Of a stretch of 64,000 nt of DNA, positions 16,195 through 25,789 are shown in pieces; position 1 is the stretch's first letter; each line of letters opens with the position of its first letter. Source of the stretch: Planctomycetota bacterium (GTDB lineage Bacteria > Planctomycetota > MHYJ01 > JACPRB01); the NCBI GenBank assembly GCA_035574235.1, contig DATLZA010000102.1, positions 27,219 through 91,218 on the forward strand, given 5' to 3'. The position numbers and the translations under genes are program-made. A model generated the notes under the pieces. It worked only from the letters and a program-made list of their open reading frames with translations, was not told the DNA's origin and made no database searches.

Positions 16195-17556
16195 ATGAAT
16201 CTGGCGCGGATCGCGCGGGTCATCCGCGGGCGGCCTGACCGGCCTCTCGAGGAGCGGACGGTTTCCGGCGTTTCGACGGACACGCGGACGCTGCGGCCGG
16301 GGGACCTGTTCTTCGCGCTGCGCGGGGCGCGGTTCGACGCGCACGACTTCGTGGCCGAGGCGTTCCGCCGGGGGGCGGCCGCCGCGGTCGTGGAGCGCGA
16401 TCCGGGGGCCGCGCCCGGTCCCCTGGTCTTCGTCGCCGACGCGTGGAGGGCGCTCGGGGACCTGGCCGCCGCGTGGCGCATGGCGCTTCCGGCGCGGGTG
16501 ATCGCCGTGGCCGGCTCTAACGGCAAGACCACCACCAAGGACATGATCGCCCATGTCCTGGGGCGCGACCGGCGCGTGGTGAAGGCGCAGGGGAGCTTCA
16601 ACAATCTCGTCGGAGTGCCGCTGACGATCTTCCAGGCGGACGCGCGGACCGAGGCGGCGGTGCTCGAGATCGGCACCAACCGTCCGGGCGAGGTGGCCCG
16701 CCTCGGGGCGATCGCCCGGCCGGACGTGGCGGTGATCGTGAGCGTGGGCGCGGAGCACCTGGAAGGCCTGGGCTCGATCGACGGCGTGGCGGACGAGGAG
16801 ACGTCGCTTCTGGGATTTCTGCGCGCGGGCGGTTTCGCCGTGGTTCACGACGACCCGCGGATCCGGGCGCGGGTGCGGCTGCCGGCGGCGAAGACGGCGA
16901 CCTTCGGCTTCGGCCAGGACGCGGACTTCCGGCCGGAGCGCGTGGAGCGCGAGCCGGGGGGCATGAGGTTCCGGCTGCGGGGGGTGGAGTTCCGGCTGGG
17001 CCTTCTCGGGGAGTGGAACGTGCAGAACGCGCTGGCCGCGGCGGCGGTGGCGGCCCACGAGGGCGTGTCCCTCGAGGAGTGCGCGCGGCGGCTGGCGGAC
17101 TTCCGCGGGCCGAAGATGAGGATGGAGCGCCTAGAACTGGCGGGGGTGACGATTCTGAACGACGCGTACAACTCGAATCCCGAATCGGCCTCCCGGGCGG
17201 TGCGGGAGTTCGCGCGGCTGGAGACGGGCGGCCGGCGGATCGCGGTGATGGGGGACATGAAGGAGCTGGGCGCGGCTTCGGCGGAGTATCACCGGGCGCT
17301 GGGGCGGCTTCTGGCGGAAAGCGGCGTGGATGTCGTGATCGGCGTGGGCCCGGAGTGCCGCGCGCTTCTGGAGGCGGTCGGGGAAGCGGCGCAGACCCGC
17401 GGGTTCGCGCGCGTGGAGGAGCTGCGGGCGGCTCTCGGCGAGATCGTCCGCCCCGGGGACGCGGTGCTTCTGAAAGGCTCGCGGTCCGTGGGTCTGGAGC
17501 AGGTGGTCAAGTGGATCGGGGAGGGAGCGGCGGCGCCGGTGGGCTCCGGCCGGTGA
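16195..17556 (+). CDS. murF: UDP-N-acetylmuramoyl-tripeptide--D-alanyl-D-alanine ligase
   Basis: VSTDTRTLRPGDLFFAL, AVAGSNGKTTTKDM, Mur ligase C-terminal domain. Confidence 0.9.
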   Translation: MNLARIARVIRGRPDRPLEERTVSGVSTDTRTLRPGDLFFALRGARFDAHDFVAEAFRRGAAAAVVERDPGAAPGPLVFVADAWRALGDLAAAWRMALPARVIAVAGSNGKTTTKDMIAHVLGRDRRVVKAQGSFNNLVGVPLTIFQADARTEAAVLEIGTNRPGEVARLGAIARPDVAVIVSVGAEHLEGLGSIDGVADEETSLLGFLRAGGFAVVHDDPRIRARVRLPAAKTATFGFGQDADFRPERVEREPGGMRFRLRGVEFRLGLLGEWNVQNALAAAAVAAHEGVSLEECARRLADFRGPKMRMERLELAGVTILNDAYNSNPESASRAVREFARLETGGRRIAVMGDMKELGAASAEYHRALGRLLAESGVDVVIGVGPECRALLEAVGEAAQTRGFARVEELRAALGEIVRPGDAVLLKGSRSVGLEQVVKWIGEGAAAPVGSGR

Positions 17557-17578
17557 CCGCCGACGCGCGAGGACGGCG

Positions 17579-18652
17579 ATGCTGCTTTGGCTTTTGGGCG
17601 AGGACTTCCGGGAAGGGATCACCCTGCGGGCGGCGATGGCGGGGATCACCGCGTTCGCGGCCTGCCTGGCGCTCGGGCCGCGCGTGATCGCCTGGCTGCG
17701 GGCCCGCAAGGTCGGGGAGCGGGTCGAAAAGGACGACTCGCGGCGGCTCGACGAGCTCATGCGGCAGAAGAAGGGGACGCCCACGATGGGCGGGGTTTTC
17801 ATCGTGGCGGCGATCCTCCTGAGCGTGGTTCTCTTCGGCAACTTCGCGAATCCCGCGCTCTGGGTCCTGGCGCTGGTTCTTGTGGGCCTGGGGGCGGTGG
17901 GGGCGGCGGACGACTACCTGAAGCTTTCCGGCCGGTCGCGCACGGGAATGCGGATGCGGACGAAGCTTCTGCTGCAGGTGGCCGTGAGCCTGGCGGCGGG
18001 ACTCGGTCTGGCGGGCGCGCTGCGGGCGACGGATCCCCAGACGGCGACGAAGCTTTTCACGCCCTTCGGGATCTCGTGGGACCTCGGGGTCTTCTATCCG
18101 GCGTTCGTGGCGCTGGTGCTCGTGGCCACGACGAACGCCGTCAACATCACCGACGGGCTGGACGGCCTGGCGGGAGGGTGTCTGGGGATCTCCACCTTCG
18201 CGTACGCGGTGATCGCGTACATCGTGGGGCGCGTGGACTTCAGCGCGTACCTGGAGCTTCCGTACGTCAAGGCGAGCGCGGAGCTGCCGGTGTTCTGCAC
18301 TGCGATGCTCGGCGCGGTCCTGGGATTCCTCTGGTTCAACAGCCACCCCGCGCAGGTGTTCATGGGAGATTCGGGGTCCCTGCCTCTGGGGGGCGCGCTC
18401 GGGCTGGTGGCGTGCGCGACCAAGCAGGAGCTGCTGCTCTTCCTCGTGGGCGGGGTCTTCGTGATCGAAGCCTTCTCCTCGCTGCTTCAGATCCTGAGCT
18501 ACAAGGCGACCGGACGGCGGATTTTCCTCATCGCGCCGCTCCACCACCATTTCCAGTTCCGGGGCCTTCCGGAGACGAAGATCACGCTGCGCTTCTGGAT
18601 CGTGGCGGCGGTGATGGCGGTCTCCAGCCTGGCCCTTCTCAAGATCCGATGA
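17579..18652 (+). CDS. mraY: phospho-N-acetylmuramoyl-pentapeptide-transferase
   Basis: Ten-TM pattern, KKGTPTMGG, NAVNITDGLDGLA, PAQVFMGDSGS motifs. Confidence 0.92.
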   Translation: MLLWLLGEDFREGITLRAAMAGITAFAACLALGPRVIAWLRARKVGERVEKDDSRRLDELMRQKKGTPTMGGVFIVAAILLSVVLFGNFANPALWVLALVLVGLGAVGAADDYLKLSGRSRTGMRMRTKLLLQVAVSLAAGLGLAGALRATDPQTATKLFTPFGISWDLGVFYPAFVALVLVATTNAVNITDGLDGLAGGCLGISTFAYAVIAYIVGRVDFSAYLELPYVKASAELPVFCTAMLGAVLGFLWFNSHPAQVFMGDSGSLPLGGALGLVACATKQELLLFLVGGVFVIEAFSSLLQILSYKATGRRIFLIAPLHHHFQFRGLPETKITLRFWIVAAVMAVSSLALLKIR

Positions 18653-18784
18653 AACGCTGGGAGCTCGTCCTGGCCGTGGTCCTCCTGGGCCTGGCGGAGG
18701 CGCTGGGCCGGGCGCGCCGCCGGCTGATTCGGTTTCTGACCCCGCGCCGGCCGTAGGCGCGCCCCGGGCCCCCTCGCCAATTTC

Positions 18785-18812
18785 TTGACGCTTCGCCGGA
18801 GGAGCCTAGAAT
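18785..18812 (+). promoter_or_regulatory. sigma70-like promoter TTGACG-N16-TAGAAT for mdh
   Basis: ttcTTGACGcttcgccggaggagccTAGAATcggg; 30-nt leader with AAGGAGA Shine-Dalgarno. Confidence 0.4.
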
Positions 18813-18842
18813 CGGGCGCACCCTGCTCAAGGAGAACGCGCC

Positions 18843-19778
18843 ATGCCCCGTCCGATCGTCGGCGTCGTCGGCGCCGGAAACGTCGGCGCTTCCGCGGCCC
18901 TCATGATGCTCAAGAAGGATCTCTGCGACGTGATCCTGTGCGATATCCCCCAGGTGGAGGGCATGCCCCAGGGCAAAGCCCTCGACATGTCCGAATCGCG
19001 CCAGGTGGATTACCACGACGCCAAGGCGTGGGGCACCACGCGGGTCGAGGATCTCAAGGACTGCTCGATCGTCTGCATCACCGCGGGCGTTCCCCGCAAA
19101 CCCGGGATGACCCGCGAGCAGCTCCTCGAGGTCAACGCGAACATCATCCGGGACGTGACCGGAAAGCTCAAGGCGGCCGGCGCCCGCCCGATTCTCATCG
19201 TCGTGACGAACCCCCTCGACGTCATGACCTACGCCGCGATCCGCCTGACGGGGTTTCCGCGCGAGCGGGTCCTGGGCATGGCCGGCGTTCTGGATTCCAA
19301 CCGGTTCGCGCATTTCGTGGCCGAGGAGCTCAAGGTCTCCCCGAAGGACATCTCCGCGATGGTCCTGGGCTCCCACGGCGACACGATGGTGGCGATGCCG
19401 CGCTTCACGACGGTCGCCGGCATTCCCATCACGGAACTCCTTCCGAAGGAGCGGATCGACGCGCTGGCGCAGAGGACCCGCGACGGCGGGATCGAGATCG
19501 TGAACCTCCTCAAGACCGGGAGCGCCTACTACGCCCCGGGCAGCTCCATCGTCGCGATGGTCGAAGCGATCCTCCACGACTCCCATCGGGTGCTCCCGTG
19601 CTCGGTGCTCCTCAAGGGCGAGTACGGGCTGGACGACGTCGTGGTCGGGGTTCCATGCAAGATCGGGGAAGGCGGGCTGAAGCAGATCCTCGAGGTTCGC
19701 CTGACGCCCGAGGAGGACGCCGCCCTCAAGCGCTCCGCGGCCGTCGTCAAGGAAAACATCCGGGCGCTCAAGTTCTGA
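18843..19778 (+). CDS. mdh: malate dehydrogenase (LDH-like MDH)
   Basis: VGVVGAGNVGAS Rossmann, substrate-binding R and catalytic H region, overall LDH/MDH family. Confidence 0.9.
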   Translation: MPRPIVGVVGAGNVGASAALMMLKKDLCDVILCDIPQVEGMPQGKALDMSESRQVDYHDAKAWGTTRVEDLKDCSIVCITAGVPRKPGMTREQLLEVNANIIRDVTGKLKAAGARPILIVVTNPLDVMTYAAIRLTGFPRERVLGMAGVLDSNRFAHFVAEELKVSPKDISAMVLGSHGDTMVAMPRFTTVAGIPITELLPKERIDALAQRTRDGGIEIVNLLKTGSAYYAPGSSIVAMVEAILHDSHRVLPCSVLLKGEYGLDDVVVGVPCKIGEGGLKQILEVRLTPEEDAALKRSAAVVKENIRALKF

Positions 19779-19832
19779 GGGCGCTCCATAGTTCTTGACC
19801 GGCCGCCGGGCCCGGCTAGGATCGAAGGAACC

Positions 19833-21257
19833 TTGGCACCGGTCGCACGTATCACGACCGCCCGGGCGGTCCTCCTCGCTGGCGCGCTCCTGGCCGGATG
19901 TGCGCAGGCTCCCCCGTTCGACCCTCCCGCGCCGCCGGTCGAGGCGCCCCCGACGTGGGCTTCCGGCCCGACTCCGCCGGGCGCTCCCCGACCGGACTGG
20001 TGGAAGACCTTCGGCGATCCTCGTCTGGAGGCGCTGATCGAAGAGGGCGTCCGCCGGAGCTTCAGCCTGCGGGCCGCGGCGGCGCGCGTCGAGGCCGCGC
20101 TCGCTTTGGCCCGTATCGCCGGCGCGGACCGGCTCCCCCAGGCCTCCCTCGGCGCCCAGGCCGCGCGCCAGAAGCAGGTCTTCGTGGGCCTCGAGATTCC
20201 GGGCTTCGACGACGTCCTGGCCAGCCGCAGCTCGGTGTACGCGTTCTCGCTGGACCTCAGCTGGGAGATCGACCTCTGGGGCCGGGTCCGCAGCGCGCAG
20301 GCCGCCGCCCTGGCCGACGTCCAGGCCCAGGAGGCCGACTTCGAGGGGGCTCGGCTCTCCCTGGAAGGCCAGGTCGCGCGCGCCTACTTCGCGGCCGTCG
20401 AATCGCGCCTCCAGGCGGCGCTCGCCCGGCGCACGCTGGAGAGCTACCGGGCCACGACCGCGCGGATCGAGGAGCGCTTCCGCCTCGGCCTGCGGCCGGC
20501 GCTCGACGTGGCGCTCGCGCGGACCGCCGAAACGGGAGCCGAGTCGGCCCTCCGCCTGCGCGAAGAGGAACACGCCCTGGCGGCCCGGAGGCTCGAAGCC
20601 CTGGTCGCGCGTTATCCGCGCGGCGCCGTCGAAACCGCCGAGTCGCTTCCGCCCCTGCCGGATCCGCCCCCGGCGGGACTGCCCTCGGAACTTGTGACGC
20701 GCCGGCCGGACCTGGCCGCCGCGGAGCGGCGTCTGGCGGCGGCGGGCCTGCGCGTCGAGGAAGCCCGCGCCGCGCTCTACCCGCGGCTCAGCCTCACGGG
20801 ATCCGCCGGACAGACGAGCAGCGAGCTGCGGGATCTCCTCGACGGCGACTTCAGCGTCTGGAGGATCGGCGCCAATCTGCTCCAGCCCCTGTTCCAAGGA
20901 GGGCGTCTCCGTGCCGGCGTGGAGCTGGCCCGCTCCCGGACGGAGGAGGCGCTGGCCCTCTACGCCGCCCAGGCCCTGCGGGCCTTCGAGGAGGTGGAGT
21001 CCGCGCTCGCCGCCGAGCAGGCCCTGGCCCGGCGGGAAGAGGCGCTCCGAAAGGGTTTGGCGGACGCTCGAGCCGCCCTGGACCAGGCCGAACGCCGTTA
21101 TCTGGCGGGTTTGACGGATCTTCTCACGCTTCAGGAGTCCCAGCGGCGCCTTTACGACATCGAAAGCCAAATCCTCGCGGTCGTGCGCCGGCGCCTCGAC
21201 ACCCGGGTCCAGCTTCACCTCGCGCTCGGGGGAGGGTTCTCATGGCCGAGGGGATAA
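19833..21257 (+). CDS. efflux transporter outer membrane factor lipoprotein (NodT/CzcC-like)
   Basis: TTG start; lipoprotein signal ...LLAGALLAGC; TolC-like repeat architecture with a coiled-coil periplasmic domain. Confidence 0.8.
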   Translation: MAPVARITTARAVLLAGALLAGCAQAPPFDPPAPPVEAPPTWASGPTPPGAPRPDWWKTFGDPRLEALIEEGVRRSFSLRAAAARVEAALALARIAGADRLPQASLGAQAARQKQVFVGLEIPGFDDVLASRSSVYAFSLDLSWEIDLWGRVRSAQAAALADVQAQEADFEGARLSLEGQVARAYFAAVESRLQAALARRTLESYRATTARIEERFRLGLRPALDVALARTAETGAESALRLREEEHALAARRLEALVARYPRGAVETAESLPPLPDPPPAGLPSELVTRRPDLAAAERRLAAAGLRVEEARAALYPRLSLTGSAGQTSSELRDLLDGDFSVWRIGANLLQPLFQGGRLRAGVELARSRTEEALALYAAQALRAFEEVESALAAEQALARREEALRKGLADARAALDQAERRYLAGLTDLLTLQESQRRLYDIESQILAVVRRRLDTRVQLHLALGGGFSWPRG

Positions 21258-22411
21258 GCCTCCGCCGCCGCGCGGCGGGAGTTCTGATCGGACTGGCCCT
21301 TCTGGCCGCCGGCGCCGCGGCGTTCTTCGTCCTCGTCCGTACCGCGCCGCGTCCCGAGGCGCGCCCTTCGGAGCCGGCCCTGCCGCTCGTGCGCGTGGCG
21401 CCCCTGGAGCCCTCGGATCTCCGGGTCACGGTGACGTCCTACGGCACGGTGACCCCGCGCACGGAGACGCTTCTGGCCGCCGAGGTGGCCGGGCGGATCG
21501 TGGAGATCGCTCCCGCCCTGGCCGGCGGCGGCTCCTTCCGGGCGGGCGACGTCCTCGTGCGCCTGGAACGGCGGGACTATGAGCTGGCCCGCACGCGCGC
21601 CCGCGCGGCCCTCGCGCAGGCGCGCATGAAGCTGGCGCTGGAGCGCGCGGCGGCACGGGTCGCGGAGGAGGAATGGAAGCTCTACGGCAAGGGGGAGCCC
21701 GATCCCCTGGTGCTGCGCCGCCCGCAGGTGGCGGAGGCCGAGGCGGCCGTGGCCGGGGCCGAAGCGGCCCTGGAACAGGCCGAACGCGACCTGGCCCGAA
21801 CCGAGGTAACGGCCCCCTACGACGGGCGGGTGCGGGAAAAGCTCGCCGACGTGGGCCGGTACGTCCTGCCCGGAACGGCGCTGGCCCGCGTTTACGCCGA
21901 CGACGCCGCCGAGGTCCGGTTGTCGGTCTCGCTCGAGGAGGCCGGGCTCCTGGACCTGCCGGCCTCGTTCGGCGCGCCGGGGCCGGCGGTCGCGCTGCGT
22001 CACCGGCTGCGCGGCGAGCGGCGCGAGTGGGCGGGCCGGGTCGTCCGCGTCGAGGCGGAGGTGGACCCGCGGACGCGGACGATGCATCTGGTGGCGCGCG
22101 TGGACCGGCCCCGCGGAGCCGATGGAAACGGGCCGCCGCTGCTTCCGGGCCTCTTCGTGGAGGCGGAGATCGAGGGCAAGGTCGTGTCCCGCGCGTACGA
22201 AGTTCCCCGCTTCGCGCTGCGCGAGGGGAACCGTCTGATCGTCGTGGACCGCGATTCGCGCCTGCGGTTGCGGGCGGTCGAGGTCGTCCGGGCGGGCGTG
22301 CGCACGGCGATTCTGCGGGGGGGCCTGGAACGGGGCGACCGCGTGTGTCTCTCCCCCCTGGAAGCGCCCGTGGACGGAATGGCCGTGCGGACGGTCGAGG
22401 AGGAGCGGTGA
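21242..22411 (+). CDS. efflux RND transporter periplasmic adaptor subunit (MFP)
   Basis: MAEGISLRRR, TM anchor, HlyD-like coiled coil and beta-barrel; overlaps the OMF stop by 16 nt. Confidence 0.85.
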   Translation: MAEGISLRRRAAGVLIGLALLAAGAAAFFVLVRTAPRPEARPSEPALPLVRVAPLEPSDLRVTVTSYGTVTPRTETLLAAEVAGRIVEIAPALAGGGSFRAGDVLVRLERRDYELARTRARAALAQARMKLALERAAARVAEEEWKLYGKGEPDPLVLRRPQVAEAEAAVAGAEAALEQAERDLARTEVTAPYDGRVREKLADVGRYVLPGTALARVYADDAAEVRLSVSLEEAGLLDLPASFGAPGPAVALRHRLRGERREWAGRVVRVEAEVDPRTRTMHLVARVDRPRGADGNGPPLLPGLFVEAEIEGKVVSRAYEVPRFALREGNRLIVVDRDSRLRLRAVEVVRAGVRTAILRGGLERGDRVCLSPLEAPVDGMAVRTVEEER

Positions 22412-25400
22412 ACCGGTTCATCGCCTGGTGCGCCTCGAACCGGGTGGTGGCGACGCTCTTCTGGGTGGTCGTCTTCGCCGGCGGCTTCCTTTCGCTGTCC
22501 ACGATGCGCGTGGAGCTTTTTCCGGAGATCACCCCGCGCCTGATCACCGTGAGCGTGGCCTATCCGGGAGCTTCGCCCGAGGAGGTCGAGCAGGCGGTGT
22601 GCGTGCGCGTCGAGGAGGCGATTCACGAGGTTCAGGGCCTCCGGACGATCACGTCCTACGCCTCGGAGGGGCAGGGCGTGGTGATGGCGGAACTGGAGTC
22701 GGGCGCCTCCGTGCCCGACGTTCTGGACCGGATCAAGTCGCAGGTGGACGCCATCACGACTTTTCCGGAAGAGGCGGAGGAGCCCGTCGTCCGGGATGTG
22801 CCGCTGGAGCTTCACGTGGCCAGCGTCGCCGTCTCCGGACGGGTTCCCGAGGACGTCCTCAAACGGTTCGCGGAGCGGGTGCGGGACGAGCTTCAGGAGC
22901 TGCCCGGCGTGACCCGGGTGCGTCTGGCCGGGGCGCGTCCGTACGAGGTGGCGATCGAGGTTTCCGAAGAGGCGTTGCGGCGCCACGGTCTGACGTTCGA
23001 CGAGGTGGCGCAGGCGATCCGTCGCTCGTCGCTGGATCTTCCCGGGGGCGTTCTCAAGACGCCCGGCGGGGAGATCTTCGTGAGAGGCAAGGGCCAGGCG
23101 TACCGCGCCGCCGAGTTCGAGGCGATTCCCGTGGTCGCGCGGCCCGATGGGACGCGCCTGACGGTGGGCGACGTGGCCCGCGTCCGGGACGCCTTCGAGG
23201 ACGTGGATCTGTACGCGCGATTCGACGGGGAGCCGGCGCTTCTGCTTCAGGTCTTTCGGGTGGGGGAGCAAAGCGCCCTTCGGGTGGCCGATACGGTCAA
23301 GGCGTACGTGGAACGGGCCGCCCGCGAGGCGCCCGAGGGGCTGAAGGTCGCGCTGTGGGAAGACTGGGCCAAGGTCCTTCGCGACCGCATGGATCTTCTC
23401 CGGAGAAACGGTCTTCAGGGCCTGGCGCTGGTCTTCGTGACCCTGGCGCTTTTTCTCCGGCCGCGGTTCGCGTTCTGGGTGAGCTGGGGCATCTTCGTCT
23501 CGGTCCTGGGGACGTTCTGGGTGATGCCTCTCTTCGGCGTGTCGATCAACCTGCTTTCGCTTTTCGGATTCATCCTGGTCACGGGGATTCTGGTGGACGA
23601 CGGAATCGTCGTGGGGGAGAACGTCTATCGTCTCCGGCGGGAAGGGGTTCCGGCTCTGGAAGCGTCGGTTCGCGGCGCGCAGGAGATCTTTGTTCCGGTG
23701 CTTCTGGCCGTGGCGACGAACATTTTCGCGTTCATTCCCATGCTCAACCTCCCGGGTCCGAACGGCGATTTCGCGTATCCCATCCCGGTGGTCGTGATCC
23801 TGTGCCTGGTGTTTTCGCTCCTGGAGTGCTTCATTTCCCTGCCGGCGCACCTTTCGGGCCTCCGGGATCCGGCTCCCGCGGCGGGCTGGAGGGGATGGAT
23901 CCCGCGGGCGCAGGATGCGGTGGCGCGGGGCCTGGAGCGGTTCGTCGCGCGGGTCTATCGGCCGTCCCTGGAGGCGGCGGTGCGTCACCGCTACGTGACG
24001 CTGGCGGCGGGGGCGGCGGGGCTTCTCGTGACGGCCGGGCTCGTGGCGGGAGGGCGGGTGAAATTCGACTTCTTTCCGCCGATCGACGCCGACAACGTGG
24101 TGGCGGGGCTGACGCTGCCCGAGGGCGCCCCGGCGGAAGCGACGGCCCGCGCCGTGGAGCGGATGGAACGCGCCGCGGAGCGGCTGCGGCAGGAGCTGGA
24201 GCGCGAGCTCGGCCGGCCGGTGTTCCGCCACGTGCTCAGCGTTGTGGGCATTCAGCCCATGAGGATGGCGCAGGATCCCTCCTGGGGGGCGAACCCCGCG
24301 GCCTTTTCGGGCAGCCACGTGGGGGAAGTGAACCTGCAGCTCGTGCCCGCCGAGGAGCGCGGGGAGATCGGGGCGACCGAACTGGCGGCGCGGTGGCGGA
24401 AACTGGCGGGGGAGATCCCCGAGGTCGAACTGACGTTCATCACGTCCGCCACGCAGTCGGGAAAGCCGATTTACGTGGAGCTTCGCGGGACGGACCTGGG
24501 CCTGCTGGCGTCCGCGTCCGAGCGCCTCAAGGAGCGGGTGGCCCGGTTCCCGGGGGTCTATCAGGTCGCCGACAGCCATCAGGCGGGCAAGCGGGAGGTT
24601 CAGGTCGCGATCCGTCCCGCGGGCGAGGCTTTGGGGCTCACCCAGGCGGACCTGGCGCGGCAGGTGCGGCAGGCCTTCACCGGAGAGGAGGCGCAGCGGA
24701 TCCAGCGGGGCCGCGACGACGTGCGGGTCATGGTTCGATATCCCCCCGAGGAACGGCGGTCGCTCGGCAGCCTCATGGACCTGCGGATCCGGCTTCCCGG
24801 CGGCGTGGAGGCTCCGCTTCCCGAAGTGGCCGAGGTCGTCTCCGCGGCGGGGCCCGCGTCCATTCAGCGGCGGGATCGCCGGCGCGTGGTGACCGTGACG
24901 GCCGACGTCGACCGGGCGGCGGGCAATCCGAACGAGATCGTCCGGGAACTCGAACGGTCGGTGCTGCCGGAGCTGGTGTCCGAGTTCCCCGGCCTGGGAT
25001 ATTCGATGGAAGGAGAGCAGCGGGACCAGCGGGAGATGATCCAGGCGCTTCTGCGCGGGATGGTCGTGGTGCTCTTTCTGATCTATGCGGCGCTGGCGGT
25101 GAATTTCCGGTCGTACCTGCAGCCGTCGCTCATCATGCTGGCGATCCCTTTCGGGGTGGCGGGGGCGGTCCTGGCGCATTTCGTCCTGGGGATGCCGCTG
25201 ACGCTTCTTTCCATGATCGGGATCATGGCCCTGGTCGGAGTCGTCGTCAACGACGCGATCGTCATGGTCGACTTCATCAACGAGGCCCGGCGGAAGGGAG
25301 CCGCGCTCCGCGAGGCGATTCTGGAGGCGGGACCGCTCCGCTTTCGGCCGATTCTTCTGACGTCGGCCACGACGTTCGTCGGGCTCGTTCCGATCATGAG

Positions 25401-25560
25401 CGAAAGGAGCATTCAGGCGCAGTTTCTCATTCCGATGGCGGTATCTCTCGCGTACGGGGTGATCCTGGCGACGGCGGTGACGCTCTTCCTCGTGCCGGCG
25501 GCGTACTTGGTGGTGGAGGACGTGCGCCGTCTGGGCGGTGGGGTCAGAAAATCGCCTTGA
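22408..25560 (+). CDS. efflux RND transporter permease subunit (AcrB/CzcA family)
   Basis: GTG start overlapping the MFP stop (GTGA); 12-TM, two large periplasmic loops; conserved ITVSVAYPGASPEEVE and C-terminal VGLVPIM regions. Confidence 0.9.
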   Translation: MNRFIAWCASNRVVATLFWVVVFAGGFLSLSTMRVELFPEITPRLITVSVAYPGASPEEVEQAVCVRVEEAIHEVQGLRTITSYASEGQGVVMAELESGASVPDVLDRIKSQVDAITTFPEEAEEPVVRDVPLELHVASVAVSGRVPEDVLKRFAERVRDELQELPGVTRVRLAGARPYEVAIEVSEEALRRHGLTFDEVAQAIRRSSLDLPGGVLKTPGGEIFVRGKGQAYRAAEFEAIPVVARPDGTRLTVGDVARVRDAFEDVDLYARFDGEPALLLQVFRVGEQSALRVADTVKAYVERAAREAPEGLKVALWEDWAKVLRDRMDLLRRNGLQGLALVFVTLALFLRPRFAFWVSWGIFVSVLGTFWVMPLFGVSINLLSLFGFILVTGILVDDGIVVGENVYRLRREGVPALEASVRGAQEIFVPVLLAVATNIFAFIPMLNLPGPNGDFAYPIPVVVILCLVFSLLECFISLPAHLSGLRDPAPAAGWRGWIPRAQDAVARGLERFVARVYRPSLEAAVRHRYVTLAAGAAGLLVTAGLVAGGRVKFDFFPPIDADNVVAGLTLPEGAPAEATARAVERMERAAERLRQELERELGRPVFRHVLSVVGIQPMRMAQDPSWGANPAAFSGSHVGEVNLQLVPAEERGEIGATELAARWRKLAGEIPEVELTFITSATQSGKPIYVELRGTDLGLLASASERLKERVARFPGVYQVADSHQAGKREVQVAIRPAGEALGLTQADLARQVRQAFTGEEAQRIQRGRDDVRVMVRYPPEERRSLGSLMDLRIRLPGGVEAPLPEVAEVVSAAGPASIQRRDRRRVVTVTADVDRAAGNPNEIVRELERSVLPELVSEFPGLGYSMEGEQRDQREMIQALLRGMVVVLFLIYAALAVNFRSYLQPSLIMLAIPFGVAGAVLAHFVLGMPLTLLSMIGIMALVGVVVNDAIVMVDFINEARRKGAALREAILEAGPLRFRPILLTSATTFVGLVPIMSERSIQAQFLIPMAVSLAYGVILATAVTLFLVPAAYLVVEDVRRLGGGVRKSP

Positions 25561-25747
25561 CCAGAAGAAGAAGCCCCACGAGAAAAACCGGCAGGCCCAG
25601 CCACAGGAGGTGGAAGGGCTCCATGAGGAGGAGCCCCGCGCCCATCAGGACGAACCCGGCCGCGCCGATCGTCACGCGGCCGAGGATCCGCACGAGCGCT
25701 CCGGCCCAGCGGAAGGGGGACGCCAGGATCTCCTTCAAGTCGGCCAA
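25544..25747 (-). CDS. small two-TM membrane protein
   Basis: 67 aa, two hydrophobic helices; 3' end overlaps the RND stop. Confidence 0.35.
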   Translation of the reverse strand: MADLKEILASPFRWAGALVRILGRVTIGAAGFVLMGAGLLLMEPFHLLWLGLPVFLVGLLLLVKAIF

Positions 25748-25789
25748 GGCGCGCCTCCCGAAAAAGCCGTTTCTGCGGTTTCGGCCGTC

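Noticed and set aside
19779-19832. CCGGGCCCGG palindrome after mdh as a terminator
   Set aside because: It is a perfect palindrome but has no loop or U-tract. It more likely reflects GC-rich spacer composition.
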